From Octopus vulgaris (lineage: Eukaryota), in the NCBI GenBank assembly GCA_951406725.2, contig OX597819.1, positions 40,176,001 through 40,240,000 on the forward strand: a stretch of DNA of 64,000 bases, in the 5' to 3' direction. A program made the position numbers and the translations under genes. A model generated the notes under the pieces. The model ran no database searches, had not been told where the DNA came from, and saw only the letters and a program-made list of their open reading frames with translations. Shown piece by piece: positions 12,001 through 24,300 of this stretch (within the stretch, counting starts at the first letter, position 1; each line of letters begins with the position of its first letter).

Positions 12001-13343
12001 TATAGTGGGGTAAGCCAGTTTATGGGGTTGCCCTGGGTTTCTCGCTTATAAGGGGCTTAGCTCTATAGCGTATCTTCAAACCCCAAACACTGCTGGCCCA
12101 AGATCTCTTCAAAATATAGAGGGGGGAAAAGCTTCATTTTAAGGCTAAAACCCTAAGGGATTATTTCCCTTTGCCACTGACCATCGATCTTCAGCCACAC
12201 CGCCATCTTGCGGTCACCAAAGTCTTACCAATAGCTTCCCTGACGTCCACAATGCCAGACCTATTAGCCACTATAGTAGTAGTAGCAGAAGCAATAGATC
12301 CAGTTCCATCACTGTCAGTAACGGCAACAACAGCAGCAGCAACATTATTAACAGGGGCAGCGCCTCTTCCATAACCAGCAGTGGTGATAGCACTACCGAC
12401 ACCACCACCACATCCTCCACCATCACCAGCAACCCTGGCTCCAGCAACACCAGCAGCAGCACCAACAGCAGCAACAACGACAACAACAATAACAGCAGCA
12501 ACAACAGCAACAACAGCAATGCCATTACCAGCAGCAACAACTGCAGCACAAGCAACACACACAGGGATGAGAATATGACTGGCACCGACACTCTGCCCCC
12601 AGCACTAAAACCAACACCAGCACCAACAGCAGCAGCCCAACTCCAGCAGTGACAATACCACCAGCAGCATCAGTGGCAATGGTAGCAGCAACAGGCGCAA
12701 TGACATCACGCGTCCACAGAAGTACGTGGGGAGCTCTGGGAATTCTCTCAAACAGCGTATTTCCATTTCCAATCATCAGTCCTCCTTCAGAGTCCTGTAA
12801 AGGAAATACGACATCCACTGGCCAGCCATGTCTGGTAACTACGAGACGAAGAGATTCCATACTTGATCACATGGAAAATACTCAAGAACTCAGGCCCCTA
12901 CATCAACAGGACAAAACAGTGCAAGTTATGCATTGCCGAACACATGAGAATCCCTAAAGACTCACTTGTACCAGGAGACATCCTGAACTCCAGGATGGAG
13001 ATTTTCGGGCCATGCTTGCATTTTAGAAAATTCCTGCTGGCTTTTTAGAATCTGCAGGATGGTGCTACAGCCAGAAACCAATAGCCAAGGCTGAAAGGAG
13101 ACAATTGTTTACCTTCATGGTACTTTGGGGACTGCAAGATGGCGGCATGGCCGAAGATCAATGGCCAATGGCACAGGGAGATAATCCCCTAAGGTTTTAC
13201 CTTTATAATGAGGCTTTTCACCTTCCATATTTTGAAGAGTTCTCAGGCCAGCAGTGTTTGGGATCTGAAGATACACCATAGCACTAAGCCCCTTATGAGC
13301 GAGAAATCCAGGGTAACCCCATAAAATGGTCTACGCCACTATA
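12001..13343 (+). mobile_element. Penelope-like element remnant with ~220-bp inverted terminal repeats and a GIY-YIG C-terminal fragment
   Basis: Arms 12001-12223 and 13122-13343 are reverse complements. Internal KYVGSSGNSLKQRIS..NHQSSFR..LASHVW..ITWKILK..PY..CKLCIAE..LNSRMEIFGPCLHFRKFLL, with stops and a frameshift. Confidence 0.8.
13257..13325 (+). ncRNA. Hammerhead motif in the right arm of the Penelope-like element (mirror copy ~12020-12087, minus strand)
   Basis: tttgggat-CTGAAGA...GAAA(T/C)CCAGG-GTA-acccc. The two arms carry different substitutions and together give a canonical consensus. Confidence 0.6.
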
Positions 13344-13402
13344 ATATTAACTGCTCTACATCTTTGAGTGTGCGTCTCCAGATTTATGTATTTCTACAAA
13401 TG

Positions 13403-13435
<33 letters not shown>

Positions 13436-13459
13436 TACATATACACATATATATATATA

Positions 13460-14181
13460 TGTAACATATCTTGCATGCATGAAGTGGATTCGATCCACCA
13501 TAGCCAAATTTAAATTAACACTGCTACAGAACTTTTCCCACGATGGAACAATGGTTTTTCTCTGACAGCAGTTTTACATTTTCCAGATGCCTTTAGCTAG
13601 GCCGAAATAATGTCTTCACCACTTGACCCTTTCTAACCTCTTCTACTTCACCAAAATCTGGAATAGAGATAACAAGACCACCAACTAAATCTATTGTTCT
13701 CAATGATATGTCTATCCTTCTGGATAGTTATATAAGCCAGCACATCCCAAGCAAAAGTTAGTTCGTCACAGTCCTGACGACTCAACAAAGTCTGGCTGAC
13801 CAACTAGAAGATTGGTCAGGGGGAGAAATGAAGTTTACTATCAGCAATGTCCCACACCATACAACTCACACTAGCTCTAATTCTGTTCTCTTACAACATC
13901 ATACTATCTGTCTCCGCAATTACTACTAAACAATGAAGAGAACCAAAACTCAAACATTCTACCGCATCTAACTTTCGCATGCTTTTGGATGTATCAAAAC
14001 CTGCCCGTCGAAGCAAGGTATTTGTAACGCAACGGTAAATAAATGTTTCCTTAAAACTTCATGCATCATTCATCTTTCACGTCTTACAACTTGCCGTCAT
14101 AACAACAAATAATTATAGTTATCCACTGCCTCCACTGACATCATCATAACATTGTTTACCAATTCAATTTTTATCGTTACA
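13460..14181. mobile_element. Candidate solo LTR inserted in (TA)n
   Basis: TGTAAC...GTTACA termini, internal AATAAA near 14038, TA microsatellite on both sides. Confidence 0.55.
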
Positions 14182-14283
14182 TATATATACATATATATAT
14201 ATTACATAAATATATATATATATATATTATAGATATATATATACATTATAGGTATATATATGTTATAGGTATATATATGTTAT

Positions 14284-14321
<38 letters not shown>

Positions 14322-14612
14322 CTTGTCTTTCTGATGATAATGATATTCTTCTACTAGTTGAAGTAAGAAATTTTTTAAAATCACTATTCATTCATATAAA
14401 AGACCCGGCGTTGCCTCAGGTCATAGCACTAGACCGGCGTTGCCGGTCATAGTGCTAATGCATGCATATACAGCTGTGTGCGTGCGCACATACACACGAG
14501 TACTGTCCAATATATATATATATATTTGTTTTGCAAGATTTTTGATGTGAAATTGTGTGTTGAAACAGATATTGTTGTATTTGGCTAAACTGGCAAAATG
14601 ACCATTCCTAAT

Positions 14613-14680
<68 letters not shown>

Positions 14681-14727
14681 TACTTACATAGCGAGTGACT
14701 TGATCTGAGATCGTGTGCTGGAACAAA

Positions 14728-15015
14728 AACAATTGCAGCTTGGAAGGTGTTTATAAGCCATTTAAGAAACACACAAAACCGTTAGATTCACTTCAACATG
14801 TAAATTTAATTTGTCAAAATATTTTCGTCGCTTTGAGACCACGACCTAATCACTGACAAAGCTTTGTGTTGCAGCACGAAGCTTTGTCAGTGAACAGGTT
14901 GCGGACTCAAAGCAACGAAAATATTTTGACAAATTAAATTTAAATGTTGAAGTAAATCTAACGGCTTTGTGTGTTTCTTAAATGGCTTATAAACACCTTC
15001 CACGCTGCAATTGTT
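14728..15015. repeat. ~290-bp fold-back (arms ~135 bp)
   Basis: aacaattgcagc...gctgcaattgtt; arms are reverse-complementary around ~14871. Confidence 0.9.
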
Positions 15016-15688
15016 ATATATATTATATAGAATATGTGGGGTCTAAATCACTTGTGATTTAAATGAGTAAGTGCTATAGTTGGCCAACCATTAGGTTCCA
15101 AGATCACAGCTAAGTCTGGATCTAGGAATCTGTATCTGGGTTCCATTATAGCAGTTATATATTATATTAGAGGAAAAATCAAGACCAAGGCAGAACAAGT
15201 ATCTCAAGTCATTTAGAATAATTCAATTAGGGTAAGGTGAATTTGAAGTCTTACAGCCGTTTCTGGGATAACCCAAGCAGTAGGTTAGTATGTCCATGCA
15301 CTGAGCATTCCGTCATCAGTGACAAGGTATGAGTATTTTAAACAGGGAAAATTTACAGTTTACAAGGAATAAAAATTCACAGTTTATAAAGAATAAAATA
15401 GAATAAAGGAGTAAATAGAAGAATAAAGAGTAAAGGTAATTAGAAGAATACAGGCATGAGAATAATGTTCACAACTCATCTTTTTCCAGAAGATATGGAT
15501 GTTGGTCAGCACTTCCCTGAAGGGACAGGTCCTTTTACCTAAGATTTTTACTAAGGACCTGTACCTTCACGGAAGTACCAACCAACATCCATATCCTCTA
15601 GAAAAAAATGAGTTGTAAACATTATTCTCCTGCCTATATTCTTCTAACTATCTTTATTCTTTATTCTATTTACTCTTTTATTCTTCTA

Positions 15689-16053
15689 CTAGCACTATGA
15701 CCCAGCGTTGCCAGGTCATAGTGCTAGTGCATGCATATACAGCTGTGTGCGTGCACACATACATGCGAGTACTGTCCAAATCTCCGACCAATCACATACA
15801 GCTAGCTGGCATTCAATTGGCGTATCAAGTTTCGGGCATTTTGATTGGGCTTTGGATAGAAAATTCACAAAAAAGTCACTTCTATTGATTTTTTAATGGC
15901 TTAGCAGGGTGACTGGGGAAATGTAAAGATGTGCACGACCACCCTTGGACAGTTTTGAATGACCATAGAAAGTGTGAGCCCTCTAACTGAAAAAATTGTG
16001 GATTTGTATAAAGGACACACACACAGACATTTTGCCGTTTATATATAGAGAGA
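15689..16053 (-). mobile_element. Non-autonomous Helitron
   Basis: Minus strand has 5' TC, 3' hairpin + CTAG, and is inserted at A|T; the empty site is visible in the opposite fold-back arm. Partial related end at 14400-14510. Confidence 0.75.
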
Positions 16054-16128
16054 TTTTATTCCTTATAAACTGTGAATTTTTATTCCCTGTAAACTGTAAA
16101 TTTTCCCTGTCTAAAATATTTATACCTT

Positions 16129-16204
16129 GTCTCTGATGACAGAATGCCCAGTGCATGGACATACAAACCTACCACTTTGGTTATCCCAGAAACAGTTGTA
16201 AGAC
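16129..16204 (+). ncRNA. Hammerhead motif in a fold-back arm (mirror copy ~15247-15323, minus strand)
   Basis: GTCT-CTGATGA...tatccca-GAAAC-AGTT-GTA-AGAC; stem I GTCT/AGAC; long, imperfect stem II. Confidence 0.6.
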
Positions 16205-16261
16205 TTCAAATTCACCTTACCCTAATTAGATTATTCTGCCTTGGTCTTGATTTTTCCTCTA

Positions 16262-16302
<41 letters not shown>

Positions 16303-16518
16303 GTGCCGGTGGCATATAAAAAGCACCCACTACACTCGCTGAGTGGTTGGTGTTAGGAAGGGCATCCAGCTGTAGAAACACTGCCAGATCAGACTGGAGC
16401 CTGGTGCAGCCTCCTGGCTTCCCAGACCCCGGTTGAACCGTCCAACCCGTGCTAGCGCGGAAAACGGACGTTAAACGATGATGATGATGATGATGATATA
16501 TATATATATATATATATA

Positions 16519-16900
16519 CTAGCAGTATCGCCCAGCGTTGGTCGGATTTGTAAGGGAAATAACTATAAAGCATTTTTAGAGAGTTATAGCCAAAAAATAG
16601 AAAAAAATGGAAAAAAAATTATGGTAAATTTTTTTTTAGTTAAAAAAGGTCGAGTTGCGTCCCCTAGACAGTCTGTGGTTTGTGTTTCTGATTCTCGACC
16701 CCTTGTCGAATTTATCGATTTTTTTCAGAACTGGGGGAACTTTTCAAAATTTTTGCTGCGTTAGTTTTGAATTATGACATTGGGCTATGTGTGTGTCAAG
16801 TTTCATCAGAATCGGTTGAAAGCCATGGTCAGGGTGAGGGTACAACCTGACAGACACACAGACACACAGACAGACAAACTGCCATTTATATATAGAGAGA
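16519..16900 (-). mobile_element. Non-autonomous Helitron
   Basis: Same ...GGGCGATACTGCTAG 3' end as the 32.5-36.7 kb copies but a different interior. Confidence 0.75.
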
Positions 16901-18409
16901 TATATATATGTATGCACGTACCTATGCAGATCTCTTTTTTATTGTTTTACTCATTTCAGTCATTAGACTGTGACCATGCTATGAAGAGTTTTTAGTCAAA
17001 TGAATCAATCCCAGTACTTCTTTTAAGCCTAGTAATATTCTGTCAGTCTCTTTTGCTGAACTGCTAAGTTATGGAAACATAAACACACTAACACTAGTTG
17101 TCAAGCAGGAGCAGGGGACAAACACAGACACATATTTCTTTCAGTTTCTACCAGCCAAATCCACTCACAAGATTTTGGCTGGTCCGAGGCTGTAGCAGAA
17201 GACACTTGCCCAAGGTGCCACATGGTGGGACTTAACCCAGAACCATGTGGTTGGGAGGCAAGCTTCTAACCACACAGCTACACTGTATGTTGTATGTATA
17301 TATGTATTTACATGAAGGAACATAGCATAGTGGTTAGGGCATTGGGCCCAGGATCATAAAGACATGGGTTTAATTCTTGATTCAGACAGCAATATATCTC
17401 TGAGCAAGGGACTTCATTTTACATTTCTCCAATCTACTAAGCTAGCCTTGTGCCTAAATTAGAAACAAAGCATGTATGTACATGTGATTGTACATGTGTG
17501 CATATGCACATACTTGTATATGTGTGTATGTCCACGCATGCATCATTAATTAACATGTTTCCATTCTGTCATGGATTGGACAGTTTAACATGATCTGGTG
17601 AGTCACAGAGCTGCATCATGCTCTCACGTCAGCTCTGGAATGGTTTCTATTTCTGGATGTCTTTCCAAAAGGCAACCATTTTATGTGTACTGGGTTTTTT
17701 TTTTTCTTTTTCTGCCATATGAACTAGTGAGGTTGCTAGCTAACTTGCAATATAAGAAAAGAATAAGAAAAAGTAAAAGATAAAAATCTCCTCAGTTAAG
17801 TGTGGGGCAAGGGCAAGAGGTGGCTTTATGCCAGTTGTTGGGGGAGGTTAGTTTGACAGATGGATATACATAAGTGTCTTGGTATAGTGAAGGTACATGG
17901 CTACCTTGCATTATATAAGTGTATGTGAGAGCAGCTGTGAAGAAGATAAAATGGTAGATGAGATGCCAGAGCAAACTCTCAAGGAACTAGGTAGGATACA
18001 GGCAATAAATCAGGGTGAGAAAGAAAGGAGTGGGGAATTGTAAGAATGTGAGGGGGGAGGTAACAAATGGTCAGAGATTGGCAGGGGCTAGAGCTGAGGG
18101 TAGTAAGGGACATACAGGGATGTAGATGCAGCTTGATGGGAAGTATCAGAATAGGGTGGAGAGTAAGGTGGTTCAGGGATGGTATTAGGAATCAGGGAGT
18201 GATGATCAGGACATAAGAGCAAAGGAGGAGATGTAGAGATAAATAAGGGTGGCTAGAGAAGTGTGTGTGTGTGTGTATGCATGCATGCATGTATGTATGT
18301 ATGTGTGTTCTCTTCTGTTTTTAATTAAATTGTTCCTCTGAGAAAGGAGCTGGTTTCTAACAAAGCTACAAAGCTCAATTGTTGGAATGTAGATAACAAA
18401 AACAAAGTC

Positions 18410-18890
18410 ACATTTTGAAGAAACTTTGCATAGTTTTGCTGTTCTGTTTACAGACTGTATTTGTAATGCATGAATTAATTGGTTGATTTCTGGCTTATCC
18501 AGATTGTCACTTAGGCATTTACACACAAAACCAAGTGCACCAATTATTATTAGTATAAAAGTGTGTTTATAATCTGGATATTGAAGCTGGAGGTTTTGAA
18601 ACAGTTGTCCATAGTTATCCTCTTCCTCTTTGATTTTCAAAGAGATATTCACATCAGCAGGACAGCTGACCTCTATGATAGTACATACTTTTTCTTATCT
18701 GTCCCAAACAACAAAATCCAGCCAGTTATGTTTACACTTGACAGATGTTTTGATGGGAATGTTCCACCAGTATTCTTTTTGTTGATGTTTGGGTATGTAT
18801 TCAATAATAGAAGGATTCTATATATTCATTCCCAGACAGTCTTTTTCCTGAATGGCATTGTATATATTTTTATATTTCAGAATGGTCGTA
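18410..18890 (-). mobile_element. R2-group (R4/Dong-like) non-LTR fragment, restriction-like endonuclease
   Basis: YWWNISIKT..KHNWLDFVVWD..CTIIEVSCPADVNISLKIKEEEDNY..IIIGALG, a decayed PD-(D/E)xK-type domain. Confidence 0.7.
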
Positions 18891-18904
18891 TAGAGTATAT
18901 GCAG

Positions 18905-19130
18905 TAATGTACAAATGTCTGGAAAGCGAACAATGTATGAGTCAGATACATGCTTGTGTGTGTATGGAGGGGAGAAAATCAGGTGTAGTGTTGGCGAATC
19001 TCAGAAAGCATGGAAGTTTTGAAGGATGCAGTGCTCCGACAACTAACAACTGATGCCGGCAGTTTGTTCCATGCTTCAGCAACTCTCAGCGTGAAAAAAT
19101 GTTTCCTAAAGTCATGGGAGCTGTGCTGTG
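18905..19130 (-). mobile_element. CR1-type LINE 3' end
   Basis: RKHFFTLRVAEAWNKLPASVVSCRSTASFK followed by a 3' UTR. Confidence 0.75.
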
Positions 19131-19420
19131 CACTGAAAAGTTCTTTTTGAAATGTATTACCAACACATTGGTAACAAAAAGGTTATTTAACCCTTTTGTG
19201 ACCATAGTTCTGTTGGCATATAGTGCCTTTGTTTCAGTTAATTTTTAAAATAAGGATGAATTAAGTTAAATAACTTTGTCATTCTTAAGTTGATGTCTGG
19301 AACAAATAAACACCAAATTTTGATTATAATTTAAATCAATTTAAAACAGTAAGTTTGTTTCATGGACCAGGAACAGTCTCAGGCAGGTTGGTAGTTGTGT
19401 TGTTTCCCTTTTTTCTATGA

Positions 19421-19648
19421 TTAATCCTTTAGCATTTAAACCGGCCATATCCGGCCAAAAGTATTCTGCCTGTTTTATGTTCAAACTGGCCAGATCTGGT
19501 CTCTCACACCAACCCTACAATATCGTTTTAAAAATTAACAGCTACCTCATCAAAATCTCAAAGCTACAAGATAATACCTGATTAGTTCAAGGCAATGTGG
19601 ATGAAAAGGCATTAATTTTGGCAGAATAATGTGATAGTTAAGGGTTAA
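19421..19648. mobile_element. TTAA-flanked (piggyBac-like) MITE
   Basis: TTAA-TCCTTTAGCATT...AAGGG-TTAA. Relatives at ~38100-38317, 44066-44294, 52070-52289. Confidence 0.65.
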
Positions 19649-20365
19649 ATATACATTTATAGTTATAGATAAAGACATGCAAGCACAAATAAGCACTACA
19701 CAATTCTTAGCAAAGATAAGTTACAAGCCAATGAGGTAATGTATAAGACACACTAACGAAGCTAAAGCAGAAGAGGATGTAGGTCTGTTCAATCAACAAC
19801 AATGCAGCCTATGGTTCAACAGTATATTATTGTCCTCCTACTCAAAAATACCATATTTTACTGACACATTATCCATAAACAAGTATAATATGACTAACTC
19901 ATGCAATTTTCTCCTGATTCAAGCTAAGATTTATAGAACAATGAATTGAATTTCTTGTCAAATATCCAGCTGTTACAATATTTCTTTCTTGGTAATTTGT
20001 TGCAATTAAAATGAAGAGTTTTGGTAAAGTTACTCACAGAAACACACATACGTATACACACACACACACACAAATATATATTGGCATCATAACAATTCAG
20101 AAACTTCAAAAGAACAGGAAATAATTCTTTTTGAGGATGGTTCAAGCCAAAGCAGATGAAAATATAAATATTAGCATGTAAATATTGGGTCAAAAAACCC
20201 TTTGTATAAAAAAAAAGTCGAAGGATGCTTGTCTCATGGATTCATGTCCTAAGTACAGCTGTTGACTCTTTCTGTCCAAAGAATTTTTTAACACATATTT
20301 ACAAATTATTATTTATAGTTTTATATGTTTTAAGTTAAACTGTTCCGAAAAAAAAGAAGAATTTC

Positions 20366-20419
<54 letters not shown>

Positions 20420-20803
20420 TTATGCTAAAACTTGAAAATCGCCATTACCATTACGATTCTACAATTTAAATTCCCAATTCAACTTACTTTCTTCTTCAAT
20501 TTCAACTCCCGGTCGATGCCCGCAGCAAGTTCTTAAAAATTTATCTTACTATTTTTATTTTTCCATACATAGCGCGACATACATTCATTCGTTGTTACTA
20601 CGTTTATTCATACATTGATAACTTGATTCGTCTTACCCATCTCTCTCACTACGAAAATTTAACCTTTTAGGCTACTTTCAAGCCTTCGCCATAACTTGAT
20701 TTATCTTTCCTATCTCTCTCTCTACGAAATTTAACCTTAGGCTACCTCAAGCCGTAATCCCATCTTTCCCCATCTTTCCGCCATCGGCGGTGCGCCCGCC
20801 CCC

Positions 20804-20975
20804 ACCCCCACCACCAATACCGATGAACACTGTTCTCACCCCCACCACCAATACCGATGAACACTGTTCTCACCCCCACCACCAATACCGGTGAACACTG
20901 TTCTCACCGCCACCACCAATACCGGTGAACACTGTTCTCACCCCCACCACCAATACCAGTATACCCTGTTCTCAC
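20804..20975. repeat. 34-bp tandem repeat (~5 copies) in the LINE 5' region
   Basis: CCCCCACCACCAATACCG(A/G)TGAACACTGTTCTCA with period 34. Confidence 0.9.
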
Positions 20976-21387
20976 CATCTACACCGGATACGCCCTACTC
21001 CCTCCTCCTCCCCCCACTACCCCTTCTCCTCATATGCTTTCACTGTGAAAAGACAAGCTGCTAGCGCCATAGCTCATCAACTGCCCACCGATCTTACGCT
21101 TCCTCCTGACACTGCCTCAATCCGACCATCCCCTTTTAGTACCCTCCCGCCTCGTAATATCCTACGTTTTTATTTCTTACGAACCTACACCAACCCTTCC
21201 TGCCATCGTTCCTCCTTACCCCAACCTTCCCCACTGGTTGCTCCCCTATATTACCCGCACCCTCTACTATCTCTCCCTCTCTTTCACTGGTGAAACCTTT
21301 CTCAACTGGACCCCCCTCCCCAACTCAACTCTAGAATATCTGTATTTCTTTCCTCTACCTAATTACGTTACTCAGTGACGATAACGA

Positions 21388-24300
21388 ATGTCCACTGCTA
21401 ACACCAGCTCCTGCCCACGGCGTGGTCAGGTTGGAAGAGAGATCAAAAGAAAAATACCACGAAAACTATCACCACCACAACAACCCTCCTCTTCTCAGGC
21501 GCCGAATCCCCCCCGTCCCCCCACATCTCCTTCCCAGTTTTCAGAGTTGGCACTATCAATGTTGGTACATTGACAGGCAAGTCTAGTGAGATTGTAGAGA
21601 TGCTAGAGAGAAGACAGGTTGATGTATGCTGCATACAAGAGGTAAGATGGAGAGATGCTTCGGCTAGGGTCCTCACGGGCAAGGCACTTAGGTACAAACT
21701 CTACTGGCAAGGTAACGCGGAAGGTGTAGGGGGTGTAGGCATTCTCCTTGCGGAGGAATGGGTGGATAAGGTCATAGAGGTTGTCAGGGTTTGTGATAGA
21801 GTGCTTAAGCTCAGGTTGGTCCTACAGAGTGGCACAGCTATGATTATCTCAGCCTATGCCCCACAAGCGGGACTACCAAATGATCAGAAGGACAACTTTT
21901 ATGATACCCTTCTGCAGGCTACTTCAAAGACTAGTAACAAGGACCTCATCTTTGTAGGTGGAGATTTTAATGGGCATGTTGGGCGGGAATCGGGTATCTT
22001 CACTGGGGTACATGGTGGCTATGGTATTGGCACCAGAAATGATGAGGGAACTAGACTGCTGGAATTCTGTGATGCATGTAACCTTTCAATCTGCAACACT
22101 AACTTCAAGAAGCCAGTCTGCCACCTTATAACTTATCAGTCAGGAGACTCCGCTAGCCAAATAGACTTCATCCTCACCAGACAATGGGATGCAGGGTTGC
22201 TCTTGAATACAAAGACCCTCCCGGGTGAAGAATGTATCCCTCAGCATAGACTAATCATCAGTGACTTTAAGCTTGAGGCCAGAAGGACTCCAAGAAACAA
22301 ACCAATCCAGAAAAGAAGGATTTGGAGGCTAAAGAACCCTTCGCATGGTCAGAAATTTAGGGACATACTCATCAAGAAATTTGATGAGAGGGAGGAGGAG
22401 CTTCAGACGTCAGACATAGAAGGTAGCTGGGAATTCCTACGGGACAGCTTGCTGAGTGCCACAGACCAAGTCTGTGGATGGTGCAAAGTCCCTTCCAGAC
22501 CTAGAATTACGTGGTGGTGGAATAGTGCAGTAGATAAAGCCATCTGTGAAAAGAGACGGGCCTGGAAAGCCTGGAAGGATGGGGGCAGCAGGGAACTGTA
22601 CCAGATAGCCAAAAGGGAGGCTGGGCGGCAGGTATACATTGCCAAAGATGTAGCAGAAAAGAAGAAGTTTGCCAATGTCCAGCGTCGCGAGGATCAAAGA
22701 GCTGAAGTATTTCGGATTGCCAGACAGTGTGTCAGAGAAAATAGCGATGTTATAGGAGAGAAATGTGTCCGCATGGATGATGGGGCACTTGCTTTTACTA
22801 CTAGTGAAAAGAAAGAGGCTTGGAGAAGCCATTATGAAAGACTGCTGAATGAGGAGAATGAATGGGAGGAGGAGAGCCTGCCAAATGTTGACCCAGTAGA
22901 GGGACCAGCTACCCGAATAGACAGCTCCCTTGTAGATAAGGCAATTAAGGATATGAAACCAGGCAAAGCCCCTGGCCTATCAGGAATCACTGCTGAGATG
23001 CTTAAAACAGCTGGCTATGTGGGCTATGCCATAGTCACCCGCATTGTAAACCAGGTAGTTCACAATGGAGTCATACCCAATGACTGGTGCAGCAGCACCA
23101 TAGTCAACTGCTACAAGGGTAAGGGTGATGCTCTAGATAGAAATAACTACAGAGGTATCAAACTGTTGGACCAGGTGATGAAGGTCTCAGAGAAGGTCAT
23201 AACCAATCTTATTAGGGAGAGAATTTGTTTAGATGAAATGCAGTTCGGTTTTGTACAAGGTAGAAGCACCACTGATGCTATATTCCTGGTCCGACAACTG
23301 CAGGAGAAGTACCTAGCTAAAGATAAACCCCTCTACATAGCTTTTGTAGACTTGGAGAAAGCCTTTGACAGGGTTCCCCGTTCCCTTATCTGGTGGTCGA
23401 TGCGGAAACTGGAGATTGAAGAATGGCTAATAAGGGCTGTACAGGCTCTATACAGAGAGGCTGTCAGCAAGGTTAGGATTGGCAACGAATATAGTGAAGA
23501 ATTCCGGGTAGAAGTAGGTGTGCACCAGGGCTCAGCCCTCAGTCCCCTTTTATTCATCATAGTCCTTCAGGCAATAACAGAGGAATTCAAAACGGGATGC
23601 CCTGGGAGCTCCTCTATGCCGATGACCTAGCTCTCATAGCAGAATCACTACCGGAACTAGAAGAGAAATTTCGGGTGTGGAAGCAAGGGTTGGAATCAAA
23701 GGGCCTTAGAATAAATGTAGCAAAGACCAAAGTATTAGTAAGCAGCAAGAGGTACTCAGCACACACCCCCTCGGGTAGGTGGCCCTGCTCAACCTGTAGG
23801 AAAGGTACAGGTAGAAACTCCATAAGATGCACCCAATGTAAGTTATGGACACATAAGAGGTGCAGCAACATTAAAGGGAAATTAACAGATAAGATAGCTT
23901 TCATGTGCGGCAGATGCACAGGGACAATAGACACAACAGACACTCAGAAAACAGATTCCATCACACTCCAGGGAGAGAAACTAGAAGTAGTTGATAGTTT
24001 CCGCTACCTGGGTGACCAAGTTAGTAGCGGAGGTGGATGCACAGAGAGTATCACCACTAGAATACGAATAGCCTGGGCAAAATTCAGAAAGCTCCTACCC
24101 CTACTGGCAACAAAAGGTCTCTCCCTCAGAGCAAAAGGTAGATTGTATGATGCATGTGTGCGAACTGCCATGCTTCACGGTAATGAAACATGGGCTGTGA
24201 CTGCAGAAGACATGCGTAGACTTGAAAGAAATGAAGCTAGCATGATCCGCTGGATGTGTAGTGTCAGTGTGCACGCAAGACAGAGTGTAAGCATCCTGAG

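Larger units (their letters stand above)
15163..16266. repeat. Large fold-back (arms ~370 bp) interrupted by a Helitron
   Basis: 15163-15535 is the reverse complement of 15553-15688 + 16054-16266; flanked by TA tracts. Confidence 0.9.

Noticed and set aside
12191-12860. Ala/Val/Leu-rich ORFs as membrane or structural proteins
   Set aside because: Antisense and alternative-frame readings of a trinucleotide low-complexity block inside a TE.
12715-13048. Selenocysteine recoding as reported for some Naiad elements
   Set aside because: The in-frame stops seen in the endonuclease fragment are TAA, not TGA, and I could not identify a SECIS.
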